This document shows, piece by piece, positions 11,426 through 23,400 of a stretch of DNA of 45,890 nucleotides. Every line of letters begins with the position of its first letter. Position 1 is the first letter of the stretch. This DNA comes from Catajapyx aquilonaris (lineage: Eukaryota), in the NCBI GenBank assembly GCA_000934665.2, contig JYFJ02003142.1, positions 1 through 45,890 of the forward strand. The letters run 5' to 3'. A program made the position numbers and the translations under genes. The notes below the pieces were generated by a model. The model was given only the letters and a program-made list of their open reading frames with translations, was not told where the DNA came from and ran no database searches.

Positions 11426-13262
11426 ACCGGTAATTGAAGCCATGTTCGCAAGCTTGCAATTAGTGCAAATTGGCAAGCTTGTGAACACACAATAATGTTT
11501 TCAGAGGCAGACGAGTACCGTGAAAGCTTTACGGTGTCAGCCGAGCAGGACGATGGCAGCCTGGTGAGAAACAAGAAGATCGGGCTGGCAGTGACTGAGA
11601 GCACATTATTCAGACGTATAGTGAGAGATCAAGTGCGAGAGGCGCTGAAGCAATTTTTTTTATTTTAATGTTGATGTGAACGTATGTTGTTCACCGATCA
11701 TGTCCTCGTTTTTTATTTTCAAAGATGTCCACCAATCATGGAATTAAAAAAAAAGCATATAAATCCAGATTAAATCGAGTTAATTATTATAATCCCGGTG
11801 ATTAGTTTCGCTGCGTTAATAATTAATAGCCTATGTGTTTCATTACATGCGATGGTTCGGGACTGCTTTAAAAATTGTTAATTACTTTTTTTGCGAATTT
11901 TTCACTGCAAGTACATTAGACATGAGGTTGTAATTAGCATTTATTAATTAGACTAATGTTTTGACACTTTGCATTTTTTGATTGCCATTTGTGACTGCTT
12001 TTAATTGTTCATTACTTTTTGCGAATTTTTCAGTACTAGTACGTTAGACATGCGGTTGTAATTAACATTTAATCTACTTAATGCAACAAAAGCTAATGTT
12101 ATTTCGATGGTCATTGCCGTACTTTCTCTTGCTACTAATTACTCGCGTTTTCAAAGCTAATGTAATAAATTTTTGTGTCGTCAATTTTTAAAATATTAAT
12201 TTAATGTAAATTGTTTATTTTTAAAATTGAAACATTTTCATGTACAGTACATGCCAAGTTATGCTTAACGCTTTCAGGTCTTGCGAAAATCCAAGTTCGA
12301 ACTCAGCAATTTTTTTCCCCTTTCTTAATTATTGAGCATATTTGCATGAACTAAAAAATTTTATTTATGTTTAATTATGTTGAAGATAGGTGTCTATAGA
12401 AACAAGAAAAACAGTAGGCAACTGTTGGAAGAAGAAAAAAATAATTACTGACATTGTCAGAATCTGCTCCAAGCAAACTTTTTTTGTGGTACTTTTGTTG
12501 GGGGAATCGGCTTCTCAAAAGGTACGTAGCGATTATCTACATTACATTACATTCATTAAAAGATATGTTGTAACTGGGAATGTTTGTAATAATGCGATTT
12601 TTTTGCTTCATAATCAGGATTGTTGGACTGGAGAAGATTGAACGACCGTCGTTGGATGGCTTGAACCCCGAAGTGATTCATCGAGATGGTAATTATTACG
12701 GTTATTTCATGCTCGTTAAATAACATTGTAATTGAAAGTACAAGCAGCCCAAGTTGCTGAATCACTAATCGCATTATGTTGACACAGTACGTGCACAGAT
12801 ATAAGTAACTTAACTATAGTTACTATTCTAGTAAATTTAATTACAGCACTGTTAATAATGCAGATATTTTTTAAGATAACGTGCATTACAGATATTTTTT
12901 GTCCCGCATTCTGCATTTTGAATGGCTACATTTGGGACATTAAAACATTAAGTATTTCGTATTTATGCTACTGAAGATTTGCTTGTAATATATACATATT
13001 ATTGGCAATTGATATTGACGGATTATTTTTGCTGATGGACGAACAACTTATTAGATACAGTATCATTTTACATAATTATGGAATTAACTCTTAGAAGATG
13101 GCCAAGTGATCTAAACTTACTAACCTGAGTAAAAGTACTTAGATTTACAGGTGTTCTGCGGCCGCCAGTGTGAAGAGGAATATGCATGGATTGCAGGAAT
13201 TGGCGATCATCCACGATTATCTCGCAATTGTCTGCAATGACCGCTTCACTTTCTATTTACAG

Positions 13263-15261
13263 GCGTCGGCATATGGGTGGGGTCGTTTCATCTTCGCTGC
13301 ACTGCTGATCTCGCTAATTCTCAGTGAGTACATGACCTGCTGATATCACGACATGAGCCAATAATGCTGTGCTGTGACACCTTCCAGCTGCTTTGCTCGT
13401 AAGCGAGTGGGAAGTCGGAGAGACGGGCGCCATTCTGCCGTACATGGGACACATGGAGAAGCTCACCTTCAGCGTGCACCTGGGGCTGATGGATTTCCAC
13501 GTCAGGGGAGATGGTACATTGCGCTGTTTGCCATTATTAGTATTGTTATCATAAATTTTGTTGTTGTTAACGCAGGCGTGCAAGAGGATAAGTCCTTCGA
13601 CATGAGTTTCCCGTGGCACGGCAAGGACGGGAGCCTGGGATTCGGATACGACGACGTGACAGTCCAGCACCTGAAGAATGGATTGAGCAACGGGATCCCA
13701 CAGCCCGTCATATGGATCTTGGAGTACATAGTCATGGACAAAGAAGGGATGCACATCGGACGCTTCTTCCGCATCGCCGGCTGGTACTCCGGGCTGCTCC
13801 TGAAGTGAGTCGAACGTCTCCGGGGGAAAGGGAAACTCACGTGAAACTTACCCACTTTCCTTTCCGTGTCGACATGCAGTAACTGTTGTTAAAATCTGCA
13901 GACTGGCGATAGGCATGGTCGTAGCCGCATACGCCTCGTCGATGTTCCTCTCGGCCCTGACATCCATCTTCATGATGGCGGCCGGAAGCAGCCTGCTCCT
14001 GGCCACCCTCATCTGGACCGTCTACCGGAACAAGCACTCCTCTTTGGAGATGCCGCTCGTCGATTCCGAAGGAAAAGACATCGTGTTCAAGCTGCACTTT
14101 GGTTATTCCTTCTGGATGATGTTCACCACGGGTACGACTTGTTCGCATCGGCCGCGTTTACATGTGATGTTTCGCTCCGAACAATTGGGTCTCATCGCTG
14201 ATAAATTGCTCGCATGTAAACGCGGCCTTCTCACAGTGCTTGCAAATGTCTTTTATGAATTTGTGGGTGGATGCGAAACATACATTATTGCAGGTGCTAT
14301 CTTGGCCATCTTGGGATCAGCCATCCTGGCCCTCAGCAAGAAGCGTCTGAAGCTGGCGGACAAACTCTTGGGAATCACGCAGGCGGTGGCGCTCACCACG
14401 GAAAGCACCCGGAACAGGTTTAGGAAGAAGGCGAGCCACGCGATCCACATGTTTCGAGACGCAGATTCGATCGACCTGGACACGGTGAGTGAGGACGAGG
14501 ACTATTCTGAGGAGGACAGAGCGGCTGCTTTGGAAGAGGAGAGGCAGAGGAAGGAGAGGATAGCCAAGGAGGAAAAGGCCAAGAAGGATAAGGAGAAGAA
14601 GGAGGTGTCGGAAGAGGAGGTGCCTCCTCCAGCACCTCCTCCCATGCCGCTGGAGAAGCCTGCTCCGGTGGTTCCGATCCTGATGCACCCGACGCCTCAC
14701 TTCCCTCCGAAGAGGATCCCTGCCGACAAACCAGAGGTGAGCCTCCTAGGAGACGTCCCAGAGATGGTGGAGGACGTAGGGTACATGCCGGTTGCGAGGT
14801 TCATCCCGCCTTCAGAGTCGAGCCAGAGGATGCTGCTGAGGGACATCAGGGAGATGGTGAAGATGGAGGACATGCCGGTGGAGGAGGTGGAGGCTGAGTT
14901 GCTGCAGCCCCTGGACGACCCCGACGAAATGCAGAATCTGCTGGAGGCTGGGTTCTTCGGAGCGAGGAGGCCCACCCCCATCCCCGAGAGTGCCTTATAC
15001 GGGATGCCAGGGAGACAGCCTTTCCAGCACGAGCACAGCCACTACCCTCCGTACCACTACCACTCTCACAAGTACCGCCTCACTCACAGGGATCAGGACG
15101 ACCCGTCCTCGGAGTCGTCCTCGGATGAATCTGTTGAGGAAGAAGAAGGAGACAAGGAGGTGAGCTACTGCGGTACTTACAAGGCCACCATGAGTCTCAC
15201 CATTACATTTTTTTTTTTCCAGGGGGGGTGGTGCATCTGCCTTGGATATCACTTCTTCTAG
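13263..15261 (+). CDS. DUOXA: Dual oxidase maturation factor (DUOXA/moladietz-like), divergent, with long acidic/Pro-rich C-terminal tail; 5' exon(s) not resolved
   Basis: Phase-consistent exons 13263-13323, 13388-13513, 13576-13804, 13902-14131, 14294-15159, 15223-15261. Family motifs: SEWEVG, VHLGLMDFHV, FPWHG...LGFG, GIPQPVIWILEY...EGMHIGRFFRIAGWYS, LHFGYSFWMMFTTG. Several hydrophobic TM segments. AATAAA at ~15423. Confidence 0.8.
14150..14227. mobile_element. 78-bp Harbinger-like MITE in DUOXA-like intron
   Basis: Perfect 15-bp TIRs GGCCGCGTTTACATG / CATGTAAACGCGGCC. Confidence 0.7.
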
Positions 15262-15705
15262 AGTGCGACTCCAGCCGTGTGACCAATCGGGATGGTCTTC
15301 AGCAGGACTCGGAAGTTGCGAAGATAGAGATCATGCCGCACATGTTTTGCTGGACATTTGCTTTGTTGTCCGGTGGTGTGCGAACATGAAGTGGACGTGG
15401 GCATATATGTTGTCCTCTGTCGAATAAAGTGTCACCCACACTAGTGAAAGTCTAACAGTATGATCAGAGATAATTCCAACAATGGAAGTGCATGACCCCC
15501 AGATTACTGCAGCTCACCAACAGTTACGGTGCCTTATTTTGGTGACACCCCATTCGCATTAAGGTTGCTTTTACATGTGAGTGATATCATTATAGCGATG
15601 TATACAGCGATGAGCATGACCCAGCCATGAATCCAATTGTTTGCTTCCAAAGCGTGATTGTTACTGTCCATGGCGAACACTGATGAAATTGCTCGCATGT
15701 AAAGG

Positions 15706-15748
<43 letters not shown>
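15706..15748. repeat. (ATT)n microsatellite
   Basis: Pure ATT run. Confidence 0.95.
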
Positions 15749-15750
<2 letters not shown>

Positions 15751-15879
15751 CTTTGTCCTCATAACTAATAGGACTTGCCTATCGCTAGTAAAATGACTAA
15801 TGGCTAATTCTAACAGCTAATAAAAAATAACCAATAGCAGATGATACTGGAAAATAACTGATATAGCTGGCAAGCAAGT

Positions 15880-16503
15880 TACTTCCAGTAATAAGTAAGT
15901 TAATTCCAGTAATAAGTAACCGTTAATTCCAGTAATAAATGACCGTTAATTCCAGTAATAAGTAACAGTTAATTCCAGTGATAAATAGCAGCTAATTCCA
16001 GTAATAACAGTTAATTCCAGTAATAAGTAACAGTTAATTTCAGTAATAAGTAACCGTTAATTCCAGTAATAACAGTTAATTCCAGTAATAAGTAGCAGCT
16101 AATTCCAGTGATAAATAGCAGCTAATTCCAGTAATAAATAACCGTTAATTCCAGTAATAACAGTTAATTCCAGTAATAAGTAGCAGCTAATTCCAGTGAT
16201 AAATAGCAGCTAATTCCAGTAATAAATAACAGCTAATTCCAGTAATAAGTAGCAGCTTATTCCAGTAATAAGTAACAGTTAATTCCAGTAATAAATAACC
16301 GTTAATTCCAGTAATAAGTAGCAGCTAATTCCAGTAATAAATAACCGTTAATTCCAGTAATAAGTAGCAGCTAATTCCAGTAATAAATAACCGTTAATTC
16401 CAGTAATAAGTAGCAGCTAATTCCAGTAATATATAGCAGCTAATTCCAGTAATATATAGCAGCTAATTCCAGTGATAAATAACAGTTAATTCCAGTGATA
16501 ATA
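15880..16503. repeat. Minisatellite, ~23-bp unit TAATTCCAGTAATAA(G/A)TA(A/G)C(A/C)G(T/C) with 19-bp variants
   Basis: More than 25 consecutive units are directly visible. Confidence 0.95.
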
Positions 16504-16888
16504 ATAATCCCTGGAAGTTTTTGGAACAGCCAAAGAAGCAAAACAAGCGATCACTCCGCCATCTGTTGTCCAAATTGTGAACTGTGGTGACAGAAGATGG
16601 CCTTCTCAGTTGGTGGTTGGACATGCGGTCGTGAGTGGCGCTGCGAGAGGTGCCTGCAGTTATAATGATGGCCGATGGGGCAGGTGAACCCTGGCAGGCA
16701 GCGCCTCCAATCGGCCGGTGGGAGGAAGCATCTCTGATCGATTGTTCATTCCAACCTCTCTGGACAAAGAAGCGCAAAAATTGGCGTGCTTTTTTTCCTC
16801 CCCCCCCCACGTCTTTCTCTCCTTGTTCGCTTCGAAAGTGCAGCTCAAGTCAGCCTCGCACCCGCCGGTACTCGGTGCCTGGACACTG

Positions 16889-19469
16889 ATGGACGTGATA
16901 GACGTCCTGGATTCACTCTTGGACATGAGGTGAGCACGGGAGATAGGGGGGAGGGGGAATCGGGACACCCCCACGTGGTAATCCGTATCGGTGGAAATCT
17001 CGCGGACGAATATCTGGCCTTCAAGAAGTGCGGTACGCCATCAGGTACTGCACAGGCATGTGGGCACTACGTACGCACAGCCAGCCCACTCATCGCCCAG
17101 CAACATGGTACGATGCAATCCACGAAAATCATTCCTTGTTGCGCCATTGTCGAACAAAGGAGCAAGCGGCCAGACAAACAAGCAAACAGACACAGACAAA
17201 CAAACACACTTTGCACATGTTTAAAATCTCACAAGGATTCAGCAAAATGCAAACAAACAAACTTTCCCATAAGTTTCTTTCATACCAGCGTACGCCATGA
17301 TGTAATAATTACACTCTAGCATTACTGTACTGGCTGATAAGACATACGGTGTGTCAAGTCAGGTTGCAGCAAGTCCAGGAAATATTATCCAGCGGGAAAA
17401 CAGCTGGAAAAGTTCACAACCATTGCCAGCTCATTTGCAGCTGGCAAATTTTTACCGGAGCTGGTGCAACAGATCTTTACACTAATGCAATTAATTGATT
17501 TTAACATTAATAAGTACTATATAATAATGTATAATTAATATCAATTTATTTACTGTAATTTCATTAATTATTTAAATGAATTTATGAAAGTACTAAGTAC
17601 TTGCATAAATTCATTAAAATCATTAATAAACTAATTAAACCGATAAAGCGCATTAAATTTTACTGGGCTTTCCAATAGCATGTGCGCCGCACTTGCATTA
17701 TGATTACAGAGCTGAATTTCTCAAACGGCACTGTCGGATGCTAATTACTATGCAAAATGTATTATCGCAACTACTTACTTTTTCCAGGTACCCCGACCCT
17801 TTCAAGGAGATGGGCCTGCAGCAGGCCATACAAACAGGCCTGGAGTCGGCCAAGTTCGTACAGTTGCTGGCGTGGCTGGCAAAAGAGCTGAAAGCCACAT
17901 GCAAGCTGGAAGCGCAAGTCAGTTCAGCGGACTCCAGCTCATTACTCCAGGAAGTCAGCTGCGTCCTCAAAGAGCTCGGTTAGCTCATCTTCCGTTAGCA
18001 CGTTCTGAAATGTACAAAGGCGTCTCATACGTAACATGTCTCCAACGAATCTTGCAGGTTGTACTTACACCTCGCTGACCGAAGCCCCGTTGCGCATCAG
18101 TCTTCGGGATGCTGGAGTTCGCTACCGTCTCCTGGACTATCTAACGACTGAACTTCAGGCCGCAAGGATGATCTCAATCAAGCCTGAACTGGACGCCATG
18201 CAAGTCGAATCTGTAAGAAATTTGAGCACTAATTATCGTAACATGCTTAACGAGTCGTAATCGCCTGTTTCCGCAGGAGGAGAGCGAGACTGCGAAGGAG
18301 CTGACGGACATGATATCGGCCCTTGCGCTCTCCCAGCCTCCGCAAGACATAACCATCGCGAGGCTATTCACGAAGGTGGAACGTAAGCTGCGGAATGTGA
18401 CGCAGGACCATCCCAACTTGGTCAAACCGGCGTTCATGTCGTTCATGTCGGACGAGCAATGGAACCGACTAGGCGACATTCAAGTCGAGCTGCATCGGGA
18501 GTACACGGGGAAGCGTGAAGCGTTAATCGGCAGCTTCGATGAGACAATCCGATCCGTAATGGTCAGTATTTATCGTTTTTTGTAGGTTCGGACTATGCGA
18601 CTGTTGATATGTTCTGGTTTAGGATGCGGCTGATGTTGAAGCAAAAGACGCGATGGCCAAAGTGTACGAGCCAGTACGGAGCGGTATGGACGTGTCGGCG
18701 TATGTTCAGGTACATCATTTGCTGTCGGCAAGAGCAGACTTGCCCAATGTGGAGGAAGAAAACTACTCGCCCAAGAAAGCTGCCGTCAACGGGCAGGTCA
18801 GCCTCTTAATTTTACATACTCGAAAAACATCACTGGATAGAGCTAATTACTCTGATGTATGGCTCGTTGTAATCAGAGTAATGATCTCTTTCCAATTACA
18901 GTAGAACACCGACTGGGGCATTGTCGGATAATCCGCAGAACAATGAAATAATGAACAACATTACGCTTTTCTAAGAAATAGTGACGTATTTATCTTTTAT
19001 GTACACTGCTGTTTAAAATTTAACTAAGGCAATGCGATTATTATTTGATAAGAAAATATGGATTTATTGCTGGGATGGTCGGATAAACTGTATGTAATAT
19101 CGAGTGCGGTATCTGCAACTTCGCTTGTTAACGAGTACAGTGTTTGACCAGACTTTTCTTCAGGCACCACCAGACGGACCGAAAGAGCATGAGCCGCCAA
19201 GTAAGGAGCCTGACCCGACCCCGGACAAGCAGGGTCAGCCCCAATTTCATGGCCATGGGTTCGGACGTTGGTTTGGCGGCAGACGAGGTTGGGTGGTGAA
19301 CTGGAGCCATGGTTACGTTGGACGAGGTTGGGGAGGAAAGGCCAGGACGTACAATAGCTACGAGGTCAGGCGGGGCGGGAGAGGTCGAGGGAGGTCCGGA
19401 CGAGGCGGCAGGAGGGGCTGGTTTGATACCGGAGGCGGAGATCAAACCCCCGCAGTTCCCACCAGTTAG
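16889..19469 (+). CDS. FAM98: FAM98 family protein (tRNA-ligase complex subunit-like), divergent, with RG/RGG-rich C-terminus
   Basis: Phase-consistent exons 16889-16929, 17788-17978, 18058-18212, 18277-18561, 18623-18796, 19164-19469. Translation: MDVIDVLDSLLDMRYP...LAWLAKELKATCKLE...EVSCVLKELGCTYTSLT...LLDYLTTELQAARM...LALSQPPQDIT...HLLSARADL, then an RGG tail. Confidence 0.85.
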
Positions 19470-20470
19470 GCTGGGGGTTCATCAAAAAAAAAAAAAAGTA
19501 TTCGGACAGAAATCTCAGTGATACTCGGAGAGAGGTTTTGACTGCTTATTTTTTAAGTCAATTTAGTTTCAGCTGCATGTGATAACAACTCTGACAATTG
19601 GGGATCGAGCATAATTGCTGCCGGTATGAACCGATGCGCTTATCATGTTTTTTTTATTTAAAAAATCCGAACCCATTGTTGGGGGGTGTCAGCTCTGATC
19701 ATGTACAAGACTGTATATACAGCTCAAGTTTTCATTATTTTTATAATCGTGTGTATTATTCGAAGACGATGCATTTTTGTAAGCCAAAGGAATAAAAAGT
19801 TTGTGGACAGAATATGTTCTAATTACCGTAATACGGAAGCTGACTGGAGTCGACTCTTCTGAAGCTTTCGTGTCAATATCCGCAATGAAATCCTGCGGGG
19901 AAAAAAAAACAACGTTTTAATGTACTGTGACTAGTTCAAACTTACCGCACGTTCGGCCGGAATTTTCTGCAAGAAGAACGGTTAAAAATTAATACCTACG
20001 AGTCGTACTGAACTTCAGATCTTACCGTATGCCTATTAATTCTGCAATCTAACGCCGGGATTCAATACTTAGCATTAAAACAATCCTCTTATACGACCAT
20101 GTATAATATATATTTAAAAGTATATGAGCACACAATCACCGACGAGGCTTGCACCATGTATAACAACACATAATATTGGAATATACAAATTAATTGGCTT
20201 GTCATTATTAAGTTTTTTAAGCCGATTACAAATGTATGGCTTAAGTTAAATATGGAATCAGAGAACATGTAAATGCCATATCTGTGCTGCCGATGGATTC
20301 CGATCCGACAGCCAGAGGCACGAGACAACTTGACGACACAACTACCGTGTGCCTCGTAAGTAACCGCACATTACTACGAAGGGAGTGAGAAACCGGAAGC
20401 AATACATACGCTTACAATAATCAGAAATTAAGTGCGGTTAGTTCCGAGACACACGGTTTATCGCACGACA

Positions 20471-23400
20471 TTAATCTACAGTTTGAAACAGCATTAGTTC
20501 GTGACACTTGACGTGCTTCTTGAGATAATCGCTGCGAGGGAACTTCATGTAGCAGGTCGGACATGTGTAGGGCATCTCGCCCGTGTGTTGCCGCAGCATG
20601 TGCCGCTTCAAGTGAAAACTGCGCTTGAACTGCTCTCCGCACTCGTCACACGAGTACGACTTGATTCCCAGATGAACCGAGGTGACGTGTCCTTTCAGGT
20701 TGCTCTTCAGAGCGAACTTCTGAGCGCAGATGTTGCAAGCGTACGGTTTCTCGCCCGTGTGACTTCTGTGATGGAGGGTCAACTTCGACTTATCTTTCGT
20801 TATGAATGTACATAGCTCGCATTTGTATTTAACGCCATTTTTGGCCCGCTTGCCCTTCGGTCTTTCCTCGTCCGCTAGCTCATAGTCGTCAATCAGCTCG
20901 GTCGGAGTGTCCGCTCTTTCCGACTCAAGTTTCTTCCTCTTCCGCTTCCTCTTCTTCCCTTCGCTGCTTCCGGAAACTCGCATGGACTTGACGCAATCCT
21001 GCAGATTCATAGTCGGGAGAGGCTTGCAGCGTAGCATGTACATGAAGGGGACCTTGGAACTCTTATGCTTGTGGTCCGTCTGAAATTAAACGCATTCTTA
21101 GTGCGCATACCGTTCCGTACACTCCGACTCTTACCATGTCCGCATCCGGTTCGTCAAATTCGGTCGACACGATTGAAGACGGATAGTACGTACTCAATTC
21201 CTGGCTGTCTTCTCCGTGAATTACGGCGAGGGTCATTTCAGCGTCTGGTACTTTCGACTGTTCCTGCTGAGAAACGTAATTAGAAAAATATATGAAATTG
21301 CACATTGTACGACTTTACCTGGTTCGTCTCGGACTGGAATTGCAAACCAATCGACGACAAGCTGGTCGTCGCATAGCTCACGCCAGTGAAATCGTCCGGT
21401 TCTCTATCGAGAGACTCTTTGCTCTCACTCTTTTCCTCGCTTTCAGTCGTAGCCAGATCCTGCTTCCAGTCCTCCTGACAAACAAATACGAATAATTAAT
21501 ACGTACCTAGAACACATAATTTTTTAAAAAATTGTACGTACTTGAGATTCAAAGCTCCATTCTTGTCCTGTGTCCTGCACCCACAACGGCTCGGGAAACA
21601 AGAAGCTGCTGCCCGTACGAAGGTCTGGCATGGACTGGAATTTGGTCGTGTCCGCTGTCGCCTCAATGCTCTGGTCGGATTTCAGTTCGTCAGGTTTGGA
21701 GTCCAGACCTGCGTGTAAAAAAAAAGTGTAAGCAAAAATGGATTGCCGAATGACGACCTGACACTTACTGGATTCCGCTTCCTCTATGTCGTCAGGCACA
21801 CCAAGAGATTCTCGAGACTGGAAATAATTGCGGGATTATTGCTCCTTCCTAATTCAGCGGCTGGTGCGGCTTACCATTACGACGTTCGGCTCCGTGTCGA
21901 CATCCGGTTGATCCTCGCACAGCGATATTACAGGCGGCATCAGGTTCTCCTCCACGTCCATCTCCTGCCTGGACTCCATTTTCACCTTCATCGGATTCTT
22001 AGGCATCTCCAAAAACTCCTTAACTTCGCTCAATCCGGGCGGATGCACTGGAAGGTCAATACGCGTTAAAGAGTCAAACGCAATCACAAGCGCAACACGC
22101 ATGTGAGCATGCAATGCCTAGCGGCGGAGTCCGCTCTTCGAACGGCCCGTTTCCATGGTAATGTAATCAGCAATGATGTCATTGTTTTTTGGTGTATGTA
22201 GACCTGCTGCCATTATGCCATTGCCATGGGCAAACAATGAAACTTACTTACATGTATCCTGTTACCATGGGCTAACAGACATACATTCTTGCATTATATT
22301 GTGTTGCCATGGACAAACAAGCAAGCAAACTTTCTTACATACGGTACATCTCATTGCCATGGACAATCAAATAAACTTTCTCACATGTATCCTGTTGCAA
22401 TGGGCTAACAGACAGACATACAAACTTTCTTACGTATAGTGGATCTCGTTGCCATGGACAAACAGACAAACAGACTTTCTTAATACATCCCACTGCCATG
22501 GACGGACAGACAGGCAAACTCGTCTGCCTGTTTGTCCATGGCAACGGGATATATGTAAGAAAGTTTGTCTGTCTGTTCCATGGCAACGGGATATATGTAA
22601 GAAAGTTTGTCTGTCTGTTCCATGGCAACGGGATATATGTAAGAAAGTTTGTCTGTCTGTTCCATGGCAACAGGATATATGTAAGAAAGTTTATTTGTTT
22701 GTCCATGGCAATGAGATGCAATGAGAACGTTTGTTTGCTTGCTTTTTTATCCATGGCAACAGGATATAATGTAACAATTTGTCTGTCTGCTTGTCCATGT
22801 AAACGAGATACATGTAAGAAAGTTTGTCTGTCTGTCTGTCAGTTTGGTTGTCCATGCCAATGGAATACATGAGTGTAAGAAAGTTTGTCTGTCTGTCTGT
22901 CAGTTTGTTTGGTTGTCCATGCCAATGGAATACATGAGTGTAAGAAAGTTTGCTCATGGCAACAGGATATGTGTAAGTTTCTTTGTTTGTCTGTCAGTTT
23001 GTTTGCCATGGACAAACAAACTGACAAGACAATTGAACTGTTTTACATTACACCCATGGACAAACAAGCAAGCAAACAAACATTCCTATGTTGCCATGGA
23101 CAAAGAAAATTTCTTACATGTATCCTCTTGCCATGGGCTAACAGACAGACATACAAACTTTCTTACATATAGCGTATCTCGTTGCCATGGACACAGACTT
23201 TCTTAATACATCCCACTGCCATGGACTGACAAACTTTCATACATATATATTCTCGTCTGTTTGTCCATGGCAACGAGATATATGTAAGAAAGTTTGTCTG
23301 TCTGTTAGCACACGGCAACAGAATGCATGTAAGTTTATTTGTTTGTCCATGGCAACAGCATATAAGAATGTTTGTCTGTTTGTCCATGTAAACGAATTAC

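Noticed and set aside
10904..11488. 194-aa antisense ORF over Rad6
   Set aside because: Shadow ORF caused by the GC-rich codon usage of the sense gene; no independent motifs.
12617..12688. Possible upstream exon of the DUOXA-like gene
   Set aside because: It has AG/GT boundaries but no recognisable DUOXA N-terminal motif, so it cannot be supported without transcripts.
13915..15261. 448-aa single ORF as a standalone gene
   Set aside because: It is the 3' part of the spliced DUOXA-like gene read through two in-frame introns.
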